Shown here: positions 1 through 7,949 of the stretch, one piece after another | How positions within the stretch are numbered: position 1 is the first letter of the stretch | Layout of the letters: each line of letters opens with the position of its first letter | NCBI GenBank assembly: GCA_964654465.1 | Contig: CAZZIO010000032.1 | Span: forward strand, 32,001-96,000 | Direction of reading: 5' to 3' | DNA from: an uncultured Dictyoglomota bacterium | GTDB lineage: Bacteria; Dictyoglomota; Dictyoglomia; Dictyoglomales; Dictyoglomaceae | Length of the DNA stretch: 64,000 nt | Made by a program: the position numbers and the translations under genes | Notes under the pieces: model-generated | Told to the model about the DNA's origin: nothing | What the model saw: the letters and a program-made list of their open reading frames with translations, nothing else | The model's database searches: none

Positions 1-356
1 AAATTTAATATTTCATCTTCAAGATTATTAATTTGTTTCTTTAGATTTTCAATTTCCTTTTCAATATGCATCACCTCTTTAGGATTTTTTAAAGTTAAGC
101 TTCTTTTTTCCTCCTGAGATAGTTTTTCCCTATATATTACAACCTTATCTTCCTTTTCCTTTTGCTGATCTCTAATTAACTTAAAATCATCAATGATCTT
201 TCTTAACTCTTCCTCTTTGTCATTAATCAACTTAAGATTTTCATTGAGATAGTTTTCAAATTCTAATTCCAAATTTTTAAGCCTTTTTTCATAATCTCTT
301 AGTTGTAATATTAATTCTTGGATTTCTAGTAAACTTGGTATTATTTCTCTCCTCAT
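1..356 (-). CDS. Coiled-coil protein, probably C4-type zinc-ribbon domain family (COG1579/DUF164); 3' end runs off the window
   Basis: Manual translation from ATG at 356 (AGGGAGA RBS upstream) gives MRREIIPSLLEIQEL...KNPKEVMHIEKEIENLKKQINNLEDEILN, open to the edge. The LLEIQ and KNPKE...KEIE...LEDEIL pattern is typical of this family. The Cys motif would lie outside the window. Confidence 0.6.
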   Translation of the reverse strand, partial: MRREIIPSLLEIQELILQLRDYEKRLKNLELEFENYLNENLKLINDKEEELRKIIDDFKLIRDQQKEKEDKVVIYREKLSQEEKRSLTLKNPKEVMHIEKEIENLKKQINNLEDEILN

Positions 357-410
357 ACCTTCTCCCTAAAATTTTTTTTATTTATATAAAGTATATCATT
401 TTATTATAAT

Positions 411-2279
411 CTATCCTTTTCTTATCCAAACTGTCATAGGACCTTTTTCTCTATTTGCCCATGCATAATACGGTATGGCTATAAATTCTACCTCTTTTTT
501 GTTTTTTTCTACTTCTTCCTTCGGTAAATATAAATTGCTCTCCCAAATTCTACTGTTTATAATCTTTCCCTTGCCTTTTATCGTAACTATCCCTCCAAGA
601 ATCTCTGATAGCTCTGCTTTTAAATTATACTCAGAAATTTCCATGTATCTTGGATCACCCCATGAATTGTCAACCTGCTCCATACAGTAAACTATTGGTC
701 CCCTCTTTATCGCTACTTTCCCTATATTGTCTTTTACCTTTGGATGACTCTCTATTATTTCTATCTCCATGGGTAATCTTAAATTTATTTTGTCCCCTTC
801 TTTCCATTGATTCTCTATTTCTATATATCCATTTCTTATTTCCTTTGTATTTAAATGATTTCCATTTATCTTTATCGTGTAGCCTTTTGCCCAGCTCGGT
901 ATCCTTAAAAAGATTTTGTATTCTCCTTCTGTTTTTATTTCAAATTCTATATTCCCTTCCCACGGATAATTAGTCTTTTCTATGAGCCTTACCTCCTTAT
1001 CTCTCCATGGAATTTGGGCTTCATTCTCTCCATATAAATGAACCCATATTCCTTCTTCTGATGTAGTATAAAAATATCCCGGTATTGATGCTATTAATCT
1101 TGCTATGTTTGGTGGACAACAGGCACATGCAAACCATGGCTTTCTTATGTGTTCTCCATTGTTTTCTAATGGGTTTACATAAAAGTATTCTTTACCATTT
1201 AGAGATATTCCTGATAGTAATCCATTGTATAATGTTTGTTCCATTATATCTGCAAATCTTCCTTCTCCTTTTGCAAGTAGCATCCTAAAATTCCACATGA
1301 AACTTCCTATTGCTGCACATGTCTCTGCATATGCTGTATCATTTGGTAGTTCGTACTCTTCTCCAAAGGCTTCTCCTTCATGTCTTGCTCCTGCACCTCC
1401 TGTTATATACATCTTCTTTTCTACAAAATTTTTCCATAATCTTTCTAACGCTTCCATTAGCTCTTTTTCTCCTGTCTCTAAATAGAGATCTGTAGCCCCA
1501 CAGTTTAGATATAAGGCTCTTACTGCATGCCCCACAATTTCAGTGAGTTCTCTGAATGATTTGTGGTCTATGTGATATGTTTCTCCGCCTATTAGTCCTT
1601 TTCCTCTTTCATCTATAAAGAATTTTGCAAGATTTAAGTATCTTTTATCTCCTGTCTCTCTGTATAGTTCTACAAGTGCCATCTCTATCTCGGGATGTCC
1701 ACATGTGCCTTCTTTTTTGCCTGGCCCAAATACATGGTCTATATGGTCTGCAAATCTTTTTGCAATGTTTAACAAAGTATCTTTTCCCGATGTTCTGTGA
1801 TGCGCTATTCCTGCTTGTATTAAATGTCCTGCACAATATAGTTCATGCATGTCTTTTAGGTTTGTCCATCTGTCCTTTTTTCTTTCAAAGGTAAAGTAGG
1901 TATCTAAATATCCATCTTCATCTTGGGTTTCTGCTACTTCCTCTATGGTTTGATCTAATATCTTTTCTAAATTTTCATCTCTTCCATAAGATGCAAAGGA
2001 AAATGATACTGCTTCTTGCCATTTATATACATCTGTATCATTAAAGAAAAAGCCAAAATAGTCCCTTTCTACTTTTCCCACTGCTCTTCTAAAGTTGTAC
2101 AATCTTTGTGTCTCTTCTAATAGTCTATATTGCTCTGGTAAGGTAACATCGTGTAGTATTATTATTCTTTTCCCCCAAAAACCAGATACCTTTACAGAGG
2201 ATATAGGTATTGTCTTTAATTTCGCATATGGACTCTTTGTAGTATCAATTACAAAACTTCTATTCATCTTTTCGCCCAC
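411..2279 (-). CDS. Glycoside hydrolase family 127 (beta-L-arabinofuranosidase-like)
   Basis: Motifs DTDVYKWQEA, HELYCAGH, GHPEIEMAL, GHAVRALY, YAETCA, CACCPPN, C-terminal IPYYAWANR. Start may be ATG 2267. Confidence 0.93.
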   Translation of the reverse strand: MGEKMNRSFVIDTTKSPYAKLKTIPISSVKVSGFWGKRIIILHDVTLPEQYRLLEETQRLYNFRRAVGKVERDYFGFFFNDTDVYKWQEAVSFSFASYGRDENLEKILDQTIEEVAETQDEDGYLDTYFTFERKKDRWTNLKDMHELYCAGHLIQAGIAHHRTSGKDTLLNIAKRFADHIDHVFGPGKKEGTCGHPEIEMALVELYRETGDKRYLNLAKFFIDERGKGLIGGETYHIDHKSFRELTEIVGHAVRALYLNCGATDLYLETGEKELMEALERLWKNFVEKKMYITGGAGARHEGEAFGEEYELPNDTAYAETCAAIGSFMWNFRMLLAKGEGRFADIMEQTLYNGLLSGISLNGKEYFYVNPLENNGEHIRKPWFACACCPPNIARLIASIPGYFYTTSEEGIWVHLYGENEAQIPWRDKEVRLIEKTNYPWEGNIEFEIKTEGEYKIFLRIPSWAKGYTIKINGNHLNTKEIRNGYIEIENQWKEGDKINLRLPMEIEIIESHPKVKDNIGKVAIKRGPIVYCMEQVDNSWGDPRYMEISEYNLKAELSEILGGIVTIKGKGKIINSRIWESNLYLPKEEVEKNKKEVEFIAIPYYAWANREKGPMTVWIRKG

Positions 2280-2328
2280 CTTATATTATTAATATATTTG
2301 GAAAATTTTATTAGTTTTCTCTTTAATT

Positions 2329-2356
2329 ATTTTACGTTTTTCCAAAGTCTTGTCAA
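2329..2356 (-). promoter_or_regulatory. Putative sigma70 promoter of the GH127 gene
   Basis: TTGACA-16 nt-TAAAAT on the minus strand. Confidence 0.45.
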
Positions 2357-2559
2357 AAAGAGGATTAAAAAACTTCAGGTAACCTTTCTATGATCTCACT
2401 AAAAGAACTCTTTTTTTCTAAGAAAAGCTTAGCTATTCCATATATATGATTTAAAATCACATGTCCTCATCTATATCTGATATTTTAGTATGAGTTAACT
2501 TTGAAACTTTTATTTTTAGATATTTTTTCTATGTTCACAATCGTTACTGCTCTTATAAA

Positions 2560-2818
2560 AGAAATAATGGGTCTTCTTAATTAAGAACAGCTTTGATTTT
2601 ATCTAATAAGTCTTTCAATTCAAATTGTTTTACCTATAGAAAAATATGTTTTCGCTTTAATAGCCATTATCTCTATCACTATTTTCTTTATTTATTTCAG
2701 GCACATTTTTATCAAATCTTTAAGTTTATTTTTAACTCTTTGTAGAAATTATAATTCCTACACTTCCATTACCCATGAAACCAACAAATACGGTATTTTT
2801 TAACTTCTTTCTACTCAT
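2560..2818 (-). pseudogene. Possible shikimate kinase (AroK-like) remnant
   Basis: ATG 2818 gives MSRKKLKNTVFVGFMGNGSVG...stop at 2732, resembling the AroK N-terminus NIVLIGFMGSGKSTVG. A downstream RRPII fragment lies near 2575. Confidence 0.3.
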
Positions 2819-2882
2819 TCTAATATATAAAAAATTAAGAATAGAAAATATGGATCAGATTTGGGTCAATATTAATTAAAAA

Positions 2883-2958
2883 TGGTGGGCGGAGCAGGAT
2901 TTGAACCTACGACCTCCTGCGTGTGAAGCAGGCGCTCTAACCACTGAGCTATCCGCCC
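2883..2958 (-). tRNA. tRNA-Val (anticodon CAC)
   Basis: Cloverleaf GGGCGGA...TCCGCCC-ACCA, anticodon arm CCTGC-TT-CAC-AC-GCAGG, GGTTCAAATCC T-arm. Confidence 0.97.
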
Positions 2959-3149
2959 AAGCTTGCTAATGATAAAGTAATATAAAAAGAAATTTTTGTC
3001 AATAACTATGAAGAGACCTTCGGTAAATTCTAAAATATAGTATTAAAATCCCCAAATGTCCTATCATTTTTCTCATTCTCTCATATATCCCAAATAATAT
3101 AAGATTATTTATAACATGTAATGAAAGTTTTTTTTAAGATGTCCCACAA

Positions 3150-3502
3150 AGTCACTCAAATACATACTTTTCTACAACCAAATCCAGTCCCATCAACTAT
3201 TAACCCTTTCTATCTTACTTCTTTTCTTTGAAAAAATATTTTCCCAACTTTCTTAATTAACTCATGTAAAATCTCCTTTACAACTTTTTGAAACTTATAA
3301 TGATATATTCATAGATCTCTCTTATGGAAAAATTTATGTAAAGTTTAAAATAGCCAAAGATTAAAAGATAAACATATCGCCATGGGATTAAGGTTTGCCT
3401 CCCTTTTTAGAGGTTAAAATTGGGTTTTCCTTTAAAACTCTTTTACTAATTAAAGTATTTTACAAAAAGAATATTTTGATCTTCTTCTTTCCTTTCATCC
3501 AT
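3150..3502 (-). pseudogene. Decayed DDE transposase fragment (IS5/IS4-like DDE_Tnp_1 type)
   Basis: Stop- and frameshift-broken segments in the expected order: KKGGKP*, FKLYINFSIREIYEY, HYKFQKVVKEILHELIKKVGK, LIVDGTGFG (first catalytic Asp motif, near 3180-3200). Confidence 0.65.
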
Positions 3503-3588
3503 TAACTAAAGTCAAATAGGTTAAATTAAAAAAATTCATATAGACTTTAAGGAGTTATAAGTATTTATGATGAAAGTTATATAAAAAA

Positions 3589-3663
3589 TGGTGGGCCCGC
3601 CAGGATTCGAACCTAGAACCAACCGGTTATGAGCCGGCTGCTCTGCCGTTGAGCTACGGGCCC
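3589..3663 (-). tRNA. tRNA with CAT anticodon, most likely tRNA-Ile2 (lysidine)
   Basis: GGGCCCGTAGCTCAACGGCAGAGCAGCCGGCT-CAT-AACCGG...GGGCCCACCA. G1:C72 is paired, so it is not an initiator. C4:G69 and the acceptor stem are Ile-like. Confidence 0.9.
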
Positions 3664-3722
3664 AACTTTCAACGTAAATTATATTATATTCTTTTACAAA
3701 TTTCAAGAGCTTAAGTGTGATT

Positions 3723-3760
3723 TAAAAAGTAGAGGGGAGAAATCTTAAATTCTCCCCTCT
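3723..3760 (-). terminator. Rho-independent terminator after trpB2
   Basis: AGAGGGGAGA / TCTCCCCTCT perfect stem, followed by ACTTTTT on the minus strand. Confidence 0.8.
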
Positions 3761-3769
3761 TCAAATAGC

Positions 3770-5122
3770 TTAAATCTTAGGTAGATCCTTAAGTGCTTCT
3801 TCAACCTTTTCCTTAGGATAAGAATAATCTTCCAGTCTACCTGTTAAATATTGATCATAGGCAGAAAGATCAAAGAAACCGTGACCACTAAGGTTAAATA
3901 ATATTACTCTTCTTTCTCCTTTTTCTTTGGCATCCAAAGCCTCATCAATAGCTGCTCTTATAGCATGGCAAGATTCTGGTGCTGGTACAATACCCTCCGT
4001 CCTTGCAAAAAGAATTCCTGCTTCAAATACTTTTGTTTGAGGATACGCTACAGCCTCAATATATCCATTATGATAAAGAGCACTTACCAAAGGTGCCATT
4101 CCATGATAACGTAAACCTCCTGCATGAATAGAAGGAGGGATAAAATTATGGCCAAGTGTATACATCTTTAAAAGGGGGGTCATTTTAGCCACATCACCAA
4201 AATCATATGTATATATACCTTTTGTAAGACTTGGGCAAGATTCGGGTTCTACAGCAATAATTCTAATCTTTTTACCCTTAAATTTTTCTCTTACAAAAGG
4301 AAAAGAAAGACCTGCAAAATTACTTCCCCCACCCACACATCCTATAACCACATCAGGAAATTCTTCTGCCATTTCCATCTGCATCAAAGCTTCTTCTCCA
4401 ATTATGGTCTGATGTAAAAGTACATGGTTAAGTACGCTACCAAGGGAGTATTTTGTATCATCTCTCTTAACTGCATCTTCTACTGCTTCACTAATAGCGA
4501 TACCTAATGAACCAGGAGAATCTGGATCTTTCTCCAAAATCCTTCTTCCAGCTTCTGTATCTTGACTTGGGCTTGGTACAACCTTTGCACCCCATATTTC
4601 CATTAAGGATCTTCTATAAGGTTTCTGATAATAACTTACTTTAACCATATATACCTTACATTCTAACTTAAAGAAATTGCATGCCATAGATAAAGCAGAG
4701 CCCCATTGGCCTGCTCCAGTCTCTGTAGATAATCTTTTTACACCTTCCAGTTTATTGTAGAAAGCTTGAGCTACTGCAGTATTTGGTTTATGGCTTCCTG
4801 GAGGACTAACCCCTTCATATTTATAATATATATGTGCTGGTGTATCTAAATATTTTTCCAAATTTACAGCTCTATACAAAGGTGTGGGTCTCCAAAGCTT
4901 ATAAATATTTAACACTTCTTCAGGAATAGGAATATACCTTTCTTGACTCACTTCTTGTTTAATTAACTCCAAGGGGAAAATAGGTGCAAGATCTTCAGGC
5001 TTAACAGGCTGTAATGTTGCAGGATGAATTACAGGAGGTAGCGGAAAAGGAAGATCAGGTATAATGTTGTACCAATCCTTAGGAAGCTTTGACTCTTCTA
5101 AAATATACTTATACTGACTCAT
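3770..5122 (-). CDS. trpB2: TrpB2-type tryptophan synthase beta-like PLP enzyme
   Basis: 450 aa, N-terminal WYNIIPDLP extension, [11 protein letters not shown]-Lys motif, [23 protein letters not shown]. Confidence 0.95.
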   Translation of the reverse strand: MSQYKYILEESKLPKDWYNIIPDLPFPLPPVIHPATLQPVKPEDLAPIFPLELIKQEVSQERYIPIPEEVLNIYKLWRPTPLYRAVNLEKYLDTPAHIYYKYEGVSPPGSHKPNTAVAQAFYNKLEGVKRLSTETGAGQWGSALSMACNFFKLECKVYMVKVSYYQKPYRRSLMEIWGAKVVPSPSQDTEAGRRILEKDPDSPGSLGIAISEAVEDAVKRDDTKYSLGSVLNHVLLHQTIIGEEALMQMEMAEEFPDVVIGCVGGGSNFAGLSFPFVREKFKGKKIRIIAVEPESCPSLTKGIYTYDFGDVAKMTPLLKMYTLGHNFIPPSIHAGGLRYHGMAPLVSALYHNGYIEAVAYPQTKVFEAGILFARTEGIVPAPESCHAIRAAIDEALDAKEKGERRVILFNLSGHGFFDLSAYDQYLTGRLEDYSYPKEKVEEALKDLPKI

Positions 5123-5146
5123 ACATTAAAAACCTCCCCTAATAAA

Positions 5147-5402
5147 AATTAAAGCCTTCTCATCCACAAAGGACGAGAAGGCTTGGTCTCGTGGTACCAC
5201 CTTAATTGAGGTAGATATCCCCCAACTCTTTGCCCATTTAACGGAGGCTAACCCGTTGGAGACTACTCGAAGATATATTATCTCTTTCGTTCCAAGGCTC
5301 CAGGCCCCATTCACTACCTGCAAGATGGCTGGTTTACAGCTAATACCAACCTCTCTGTTATCTTGCTATTTGGTAGTTACTATTTCCCTTCACAGCCTTT
5401 CC
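5147..5402 (-). promoter_or_regulatory. T-box riboswitch, Trp specifier
   Basis: Stem I elements (GCTGTGAAGGG, AGTA, CAGAGA, GCTG), specifier GAA-TGG (5307-5309), T-box AATTAAGGTGGTACCACG (5190-5207), terminator AAGCCTTCTCGTCC/GGATGAGAAGGCTT plus U-rich tract (5152-5184). Confidence 0.92.
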
Positions 5403-5513
5403 TATTTTTAGATGATATTATACTATAAATTTTTAATAACAAAAACTCTCAGTGGAAAATTTTTTATTTTTATGTTATTTTATATCAAATTGGTATAATT
5501 TATAAAGGATGGG

Positions 5514-6200
5514 GTGAAAAAAATGCTTAAAATAATTGAAACAATAGTTGCAGACTACAAGGCTGTATTTGAAAAGGATCCTGCTGCAAGAAATTTTTTA
5601 GAAGTAATACTTTGTTATCCGGGCTTTCATGCTATATTATTACATAGATTAGCCCATTTTCTTTGGAATTTAAAAATACCAGTTATTCCACGTTTAATTT
5701 CCCATCTCAATAGACTTTTAACAGGAATAGAGATCCATCCTGGAGCAAAGATTGGTAAAGGTTTCTTTATTGATCATGGTATGGGGGTAGTGATAGGTGA
5801 AACAACAGAAATTGGAGATAATGTACTCATATACCAAGGCGTTACCTTAGGAGGAACAGGTAAAGAAAAGGGTAAAAGACATCCTACGATAGGCAACAAT
5901 GTGGTTATAGGAGCAGGAGCAAAAGTTCTTGGTCCAATAACTATAGGAGATAATACAAGAATAGGTGCTGGGTCTGTAGTATTAAAGTCTGTACCCCCCA
6001 ATTGTACAGTTGTGGGAGTACCTGGAAGAGTTATAGTTCAAGAGGGGAGAAAACTAACTCCTAAGGAAATGCTAGAACATGGTAATATCCCAGACCCTGA
6101 ACTAAGTTTAATTGAAGAACTAAAATCAAGAATTGAGAACATTGAAAATAGAATAGAAAAGCTGGAAAGACTATTAAGAGAAAAACCAGAAAATTTATGA
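5514..6200 (+). CDS. cysE: Serine O-acetyltransferase
   Basis: [41 protein letters not shown] hexapeptide repeats. Confidence 0.96.
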   Translation: MKKMLKIIETIVADYKAVFEKDPAARNFLEVILCYPGFHAILLHRLAHFLWNLKIPVIPRLISHLNRLLTGIEIHPGAKIGKGFFIDHGMGVVIGETTEIGDNVLIYQGVTLGGTGKEKGKRHPTIGNNVVIGAGAKVLGPITIGDNTRIGAGSVVLKSVPPNCTVVGVPGRVIVQEGRKLTPKEMLEHGNIPDPELSLIEELKSRIENIENRIEKLERLLREKPENL

Positions 6201-6225
6201 TATAATTACAGATTAAAAGAAAAAA

Positions 6226-6320
6226 GGTTCCCGGGGGAGCCTCTTAATCCGAGGCTGAGATGGTAGCGGAAGCTACCGACCCTTTGAACCTGATCTGGGT
6301 AATGCCAGCGTAGGGAAGGG
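6226..6320 (+). ncRNA. TPP riboswitch aptamer
   Basis: GGGGAGC...GCTGAGA...GACCC-TTTGAACCTGATCTGGGTAATGCCAGCGTAGGGAA consensus, upstream of a thiamine transporter. Extended -10 TGATATAAT at 6198-6206. Confidence 0.96.
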
Positions 6321-6354
6321 CTAAGGATAAAAAAATATAACATTTAAGGTATAT

Positions 6355-6403
6355 AAAAATTAAGGTTCCCTTCCACTATGCTGGATAGGGAATCTTAATT
6401 TTT
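6355..6403 (+). terminator. TPP riboswitch expression-platform terminator
   Basis: Hairpin TTAAGGTTCCCT...AGGGAATCTTAA plus TTTTT. The internal CCTTCCACTATGCTGG can alternatively pair with the aptamer 3' end CCAGCGTAGGGAAGG. Confidence 0.75.
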
Positions 6404-6423
6404 AATATAGGAGGTGCTTCATA

Positions 6424-7224
6424 ATGTCTCAAAAGCCTGTAAGGCTTCTTACAGAGGGTGCTCTATCCATAGCTTTATCTCTACTTCTTTGGTATTTGCG
6501 AATAGGAGCTATGCCTCAAGGTGGAAGTATAAGTATGCAAATGCTTCCTCTCTTTATCTTTGCTTTAAGATGGGGAACATTACCAGGTATTTTAGTAGGA
6601 TTAGTATATGGGGTTATACACTCCTTACAAGATATGTATGTTGTTCATTGGGCCCAATATTTATTAGATTATCCCATTGCTTTTGGTTTAATAGGCCTTT
6701 CAGGAATAGCAAAAAAGGTTAAGGTCTCAAAAATAATTTCCTTTTTTATAGCTTTACTTTTCTTAGCAGGTTCAATTCTGTTTGTAGTTAATATATCTAA
6801 TGAACTTCCTCAAGCTCAAAAAACCCTAGAAGAGTTAAAATTAAAACTTCAATCTGCCCAAGGTGAAGAAAAAACTAATATAGAAGAGGATATTAAAGAT
6901 TTAGAATTTAAATTGAAGTGGTTCCCAATTTCAAGAATAGTTTTAATAGTTGCAGGTATTCTTGGGGCATTACTTTTAATTTATGGTGCTGTCCTCAGAA
7001 AGACCCAAGAACCCATAGAACTTGGAGTATTTATTGGTGGTCTTGGAAGATTATTTGCTCATTTCCTGTCAGGCGTGATTTTCTTTTCCCAATATGCTCC
7101 ACCTGGGACACCTGCATGGATTTACTCCCTAATATATAATCTTTTTGTAGTTGTACCTAGTACTTTTGTATGTTTACCATTAGTACTACTTATATACCCC
7201 AGACTAAAAGAAAGTGAGATATAA
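6424..7224 (+). CDS. thiT: ECF S-component thiamine transporter ThiT with a large internal insertion
   Basis: MPQGGSISM, VVHWAQYLLDYPIAF, HFLSGVIFF, YAP..AWIYSLIYN motifs. TPP riboswitch upstream. Confidence 0.9.
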   Translation: MSQKPVRLLTEGALSIALSLLLWYLRIGAMPQGGSISMQMLPLFIFALRWGTLPGILVGLVYGVIHSLQDMYVVHWAQYLLDYPIAFGLIGLSGIAKKVKVSKIISFFIALLFLAGSILFVVNISNELPQAQKTLEELKLKLQSAQGEEKTNIEEDIKDLEFKLKWFPISRIVLIVAGILGALLLIYGAVLRKTQEPIELGVFIGGLGRLFAHFLSGVIFFSQYAPPGTPAWIYSLIYNLFVVVPSTFVCLPLVLLIYPRLKESEI

Positions 7225-7235
7225 TAAAAGAATCT

Positions 7236-7880
7236 ATGAAAATAGTAATTTTTGCAAATGGAGAAAGCAATTTAGATATAAATGATATAGGAACTATATT
7301 CCCTGTCGACAAAATTATTTGTGCTAACGGTGGTACTAAATTGGCATTAAGGTTTGATATAACACCTGACATAATTGTAGGTGATTTAGATTCATTAACA
7401 GAAGATATATCTAAAAAGTTTGAGAATAAAAAAATAGAGTGGAAAATTTATCCAAAAGAAAAAGATGAAACTGATTTAGAATTAGCTGTAAGAGAAGCTA
7501 TAAAATTCAACCCCCAAGAAATATATTTTATTGGACTATTGGGGGGAAGGATTGACCATTTACTTTCTAATCTATTCTTTTTAGAAAAAGTAAAAGATAT
7601 GGGCATAGAGCCATATGTAATAGATAAAAATTTAAATATATATCTTATGAAAGGGGAAGAAGAAAGAATATTTTGGGGGAACAAGGGAGATACACTCTCC
7701 CTCATTCCCCTATCAGATGTGGTTGATGGTATCTCTTTAGAAGGCTTAAAATACCCCTTACAAAATGAACCATTATATAGAAAGCTTACAAGAGGAATAA
7801 GTAATGAATTCCTTTTACCGCAAGCAAAAATAAAAACTTCTGAAGGGACACTCTTTGTAATACATCTACACAAAAAATAA
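7236..7880 (+). CDS. thiN: Thiamine diphosphokinase
   Basis: ICANGG, GDLDS, EKDETDLELA, GGRIDH, GLKYPL, GISNE. Confidence 0.94.
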   Translation: MKIVIFANGESNLDINDIGTIFPVDKIICANGGTKLALRFDITPDIIVGDLDSLTEDISKKFENKKIEWKIYPKEKDETDLELAVREAIKFNPQEIYFIGLLGGRIDHLLSNLFFLEKVKDMGIEPYVIDKNLNIYLMKGEEERIFWGNKGDTLSLIPLSDVVDGISLEGLKYPLQNEPLYRKLTRGISNEFLLPQAKIKTSEGTLFVIHLHKK

Positions 7881-7949
7881 GCTCTTATGTTAAAATATAT
7901 AGTCTTTATTTTTCAATATCATTGAAATTTTTTTAATTCTGAGGAGAAA

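Noticed and set aside
357..2882. Intact tRNA-integrated island or prophage
   Set aside because: No integrase, and I saw no duplicated tRNA 3' end (att site) at the far boundary
2280..3588. CRISPR array or tandem repeats in the long non-coding gaps
   Set aside because: No regularly spaced direct repeats are visible
3589..3663. Initiator tRNA-fMet
   Set aside because: It has a paired G1:C72 and lacks the three consecutive G:C pairs in the anticodon stem
5126..5323. 65-aa ORF upstream of trpB2 as a leader peptide
   Set aside because: It coincides with the T-box antiterminator/terminator RNA, lacks an RBS and has no tandem Trp codons
6414..7139. Alternate-frame ORFs 6414-6722 and 6918-7139 suggesting a frameshifted thiT
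   Set aside because: The 6424-7224 frame is continuous and carries all ThiT motifs
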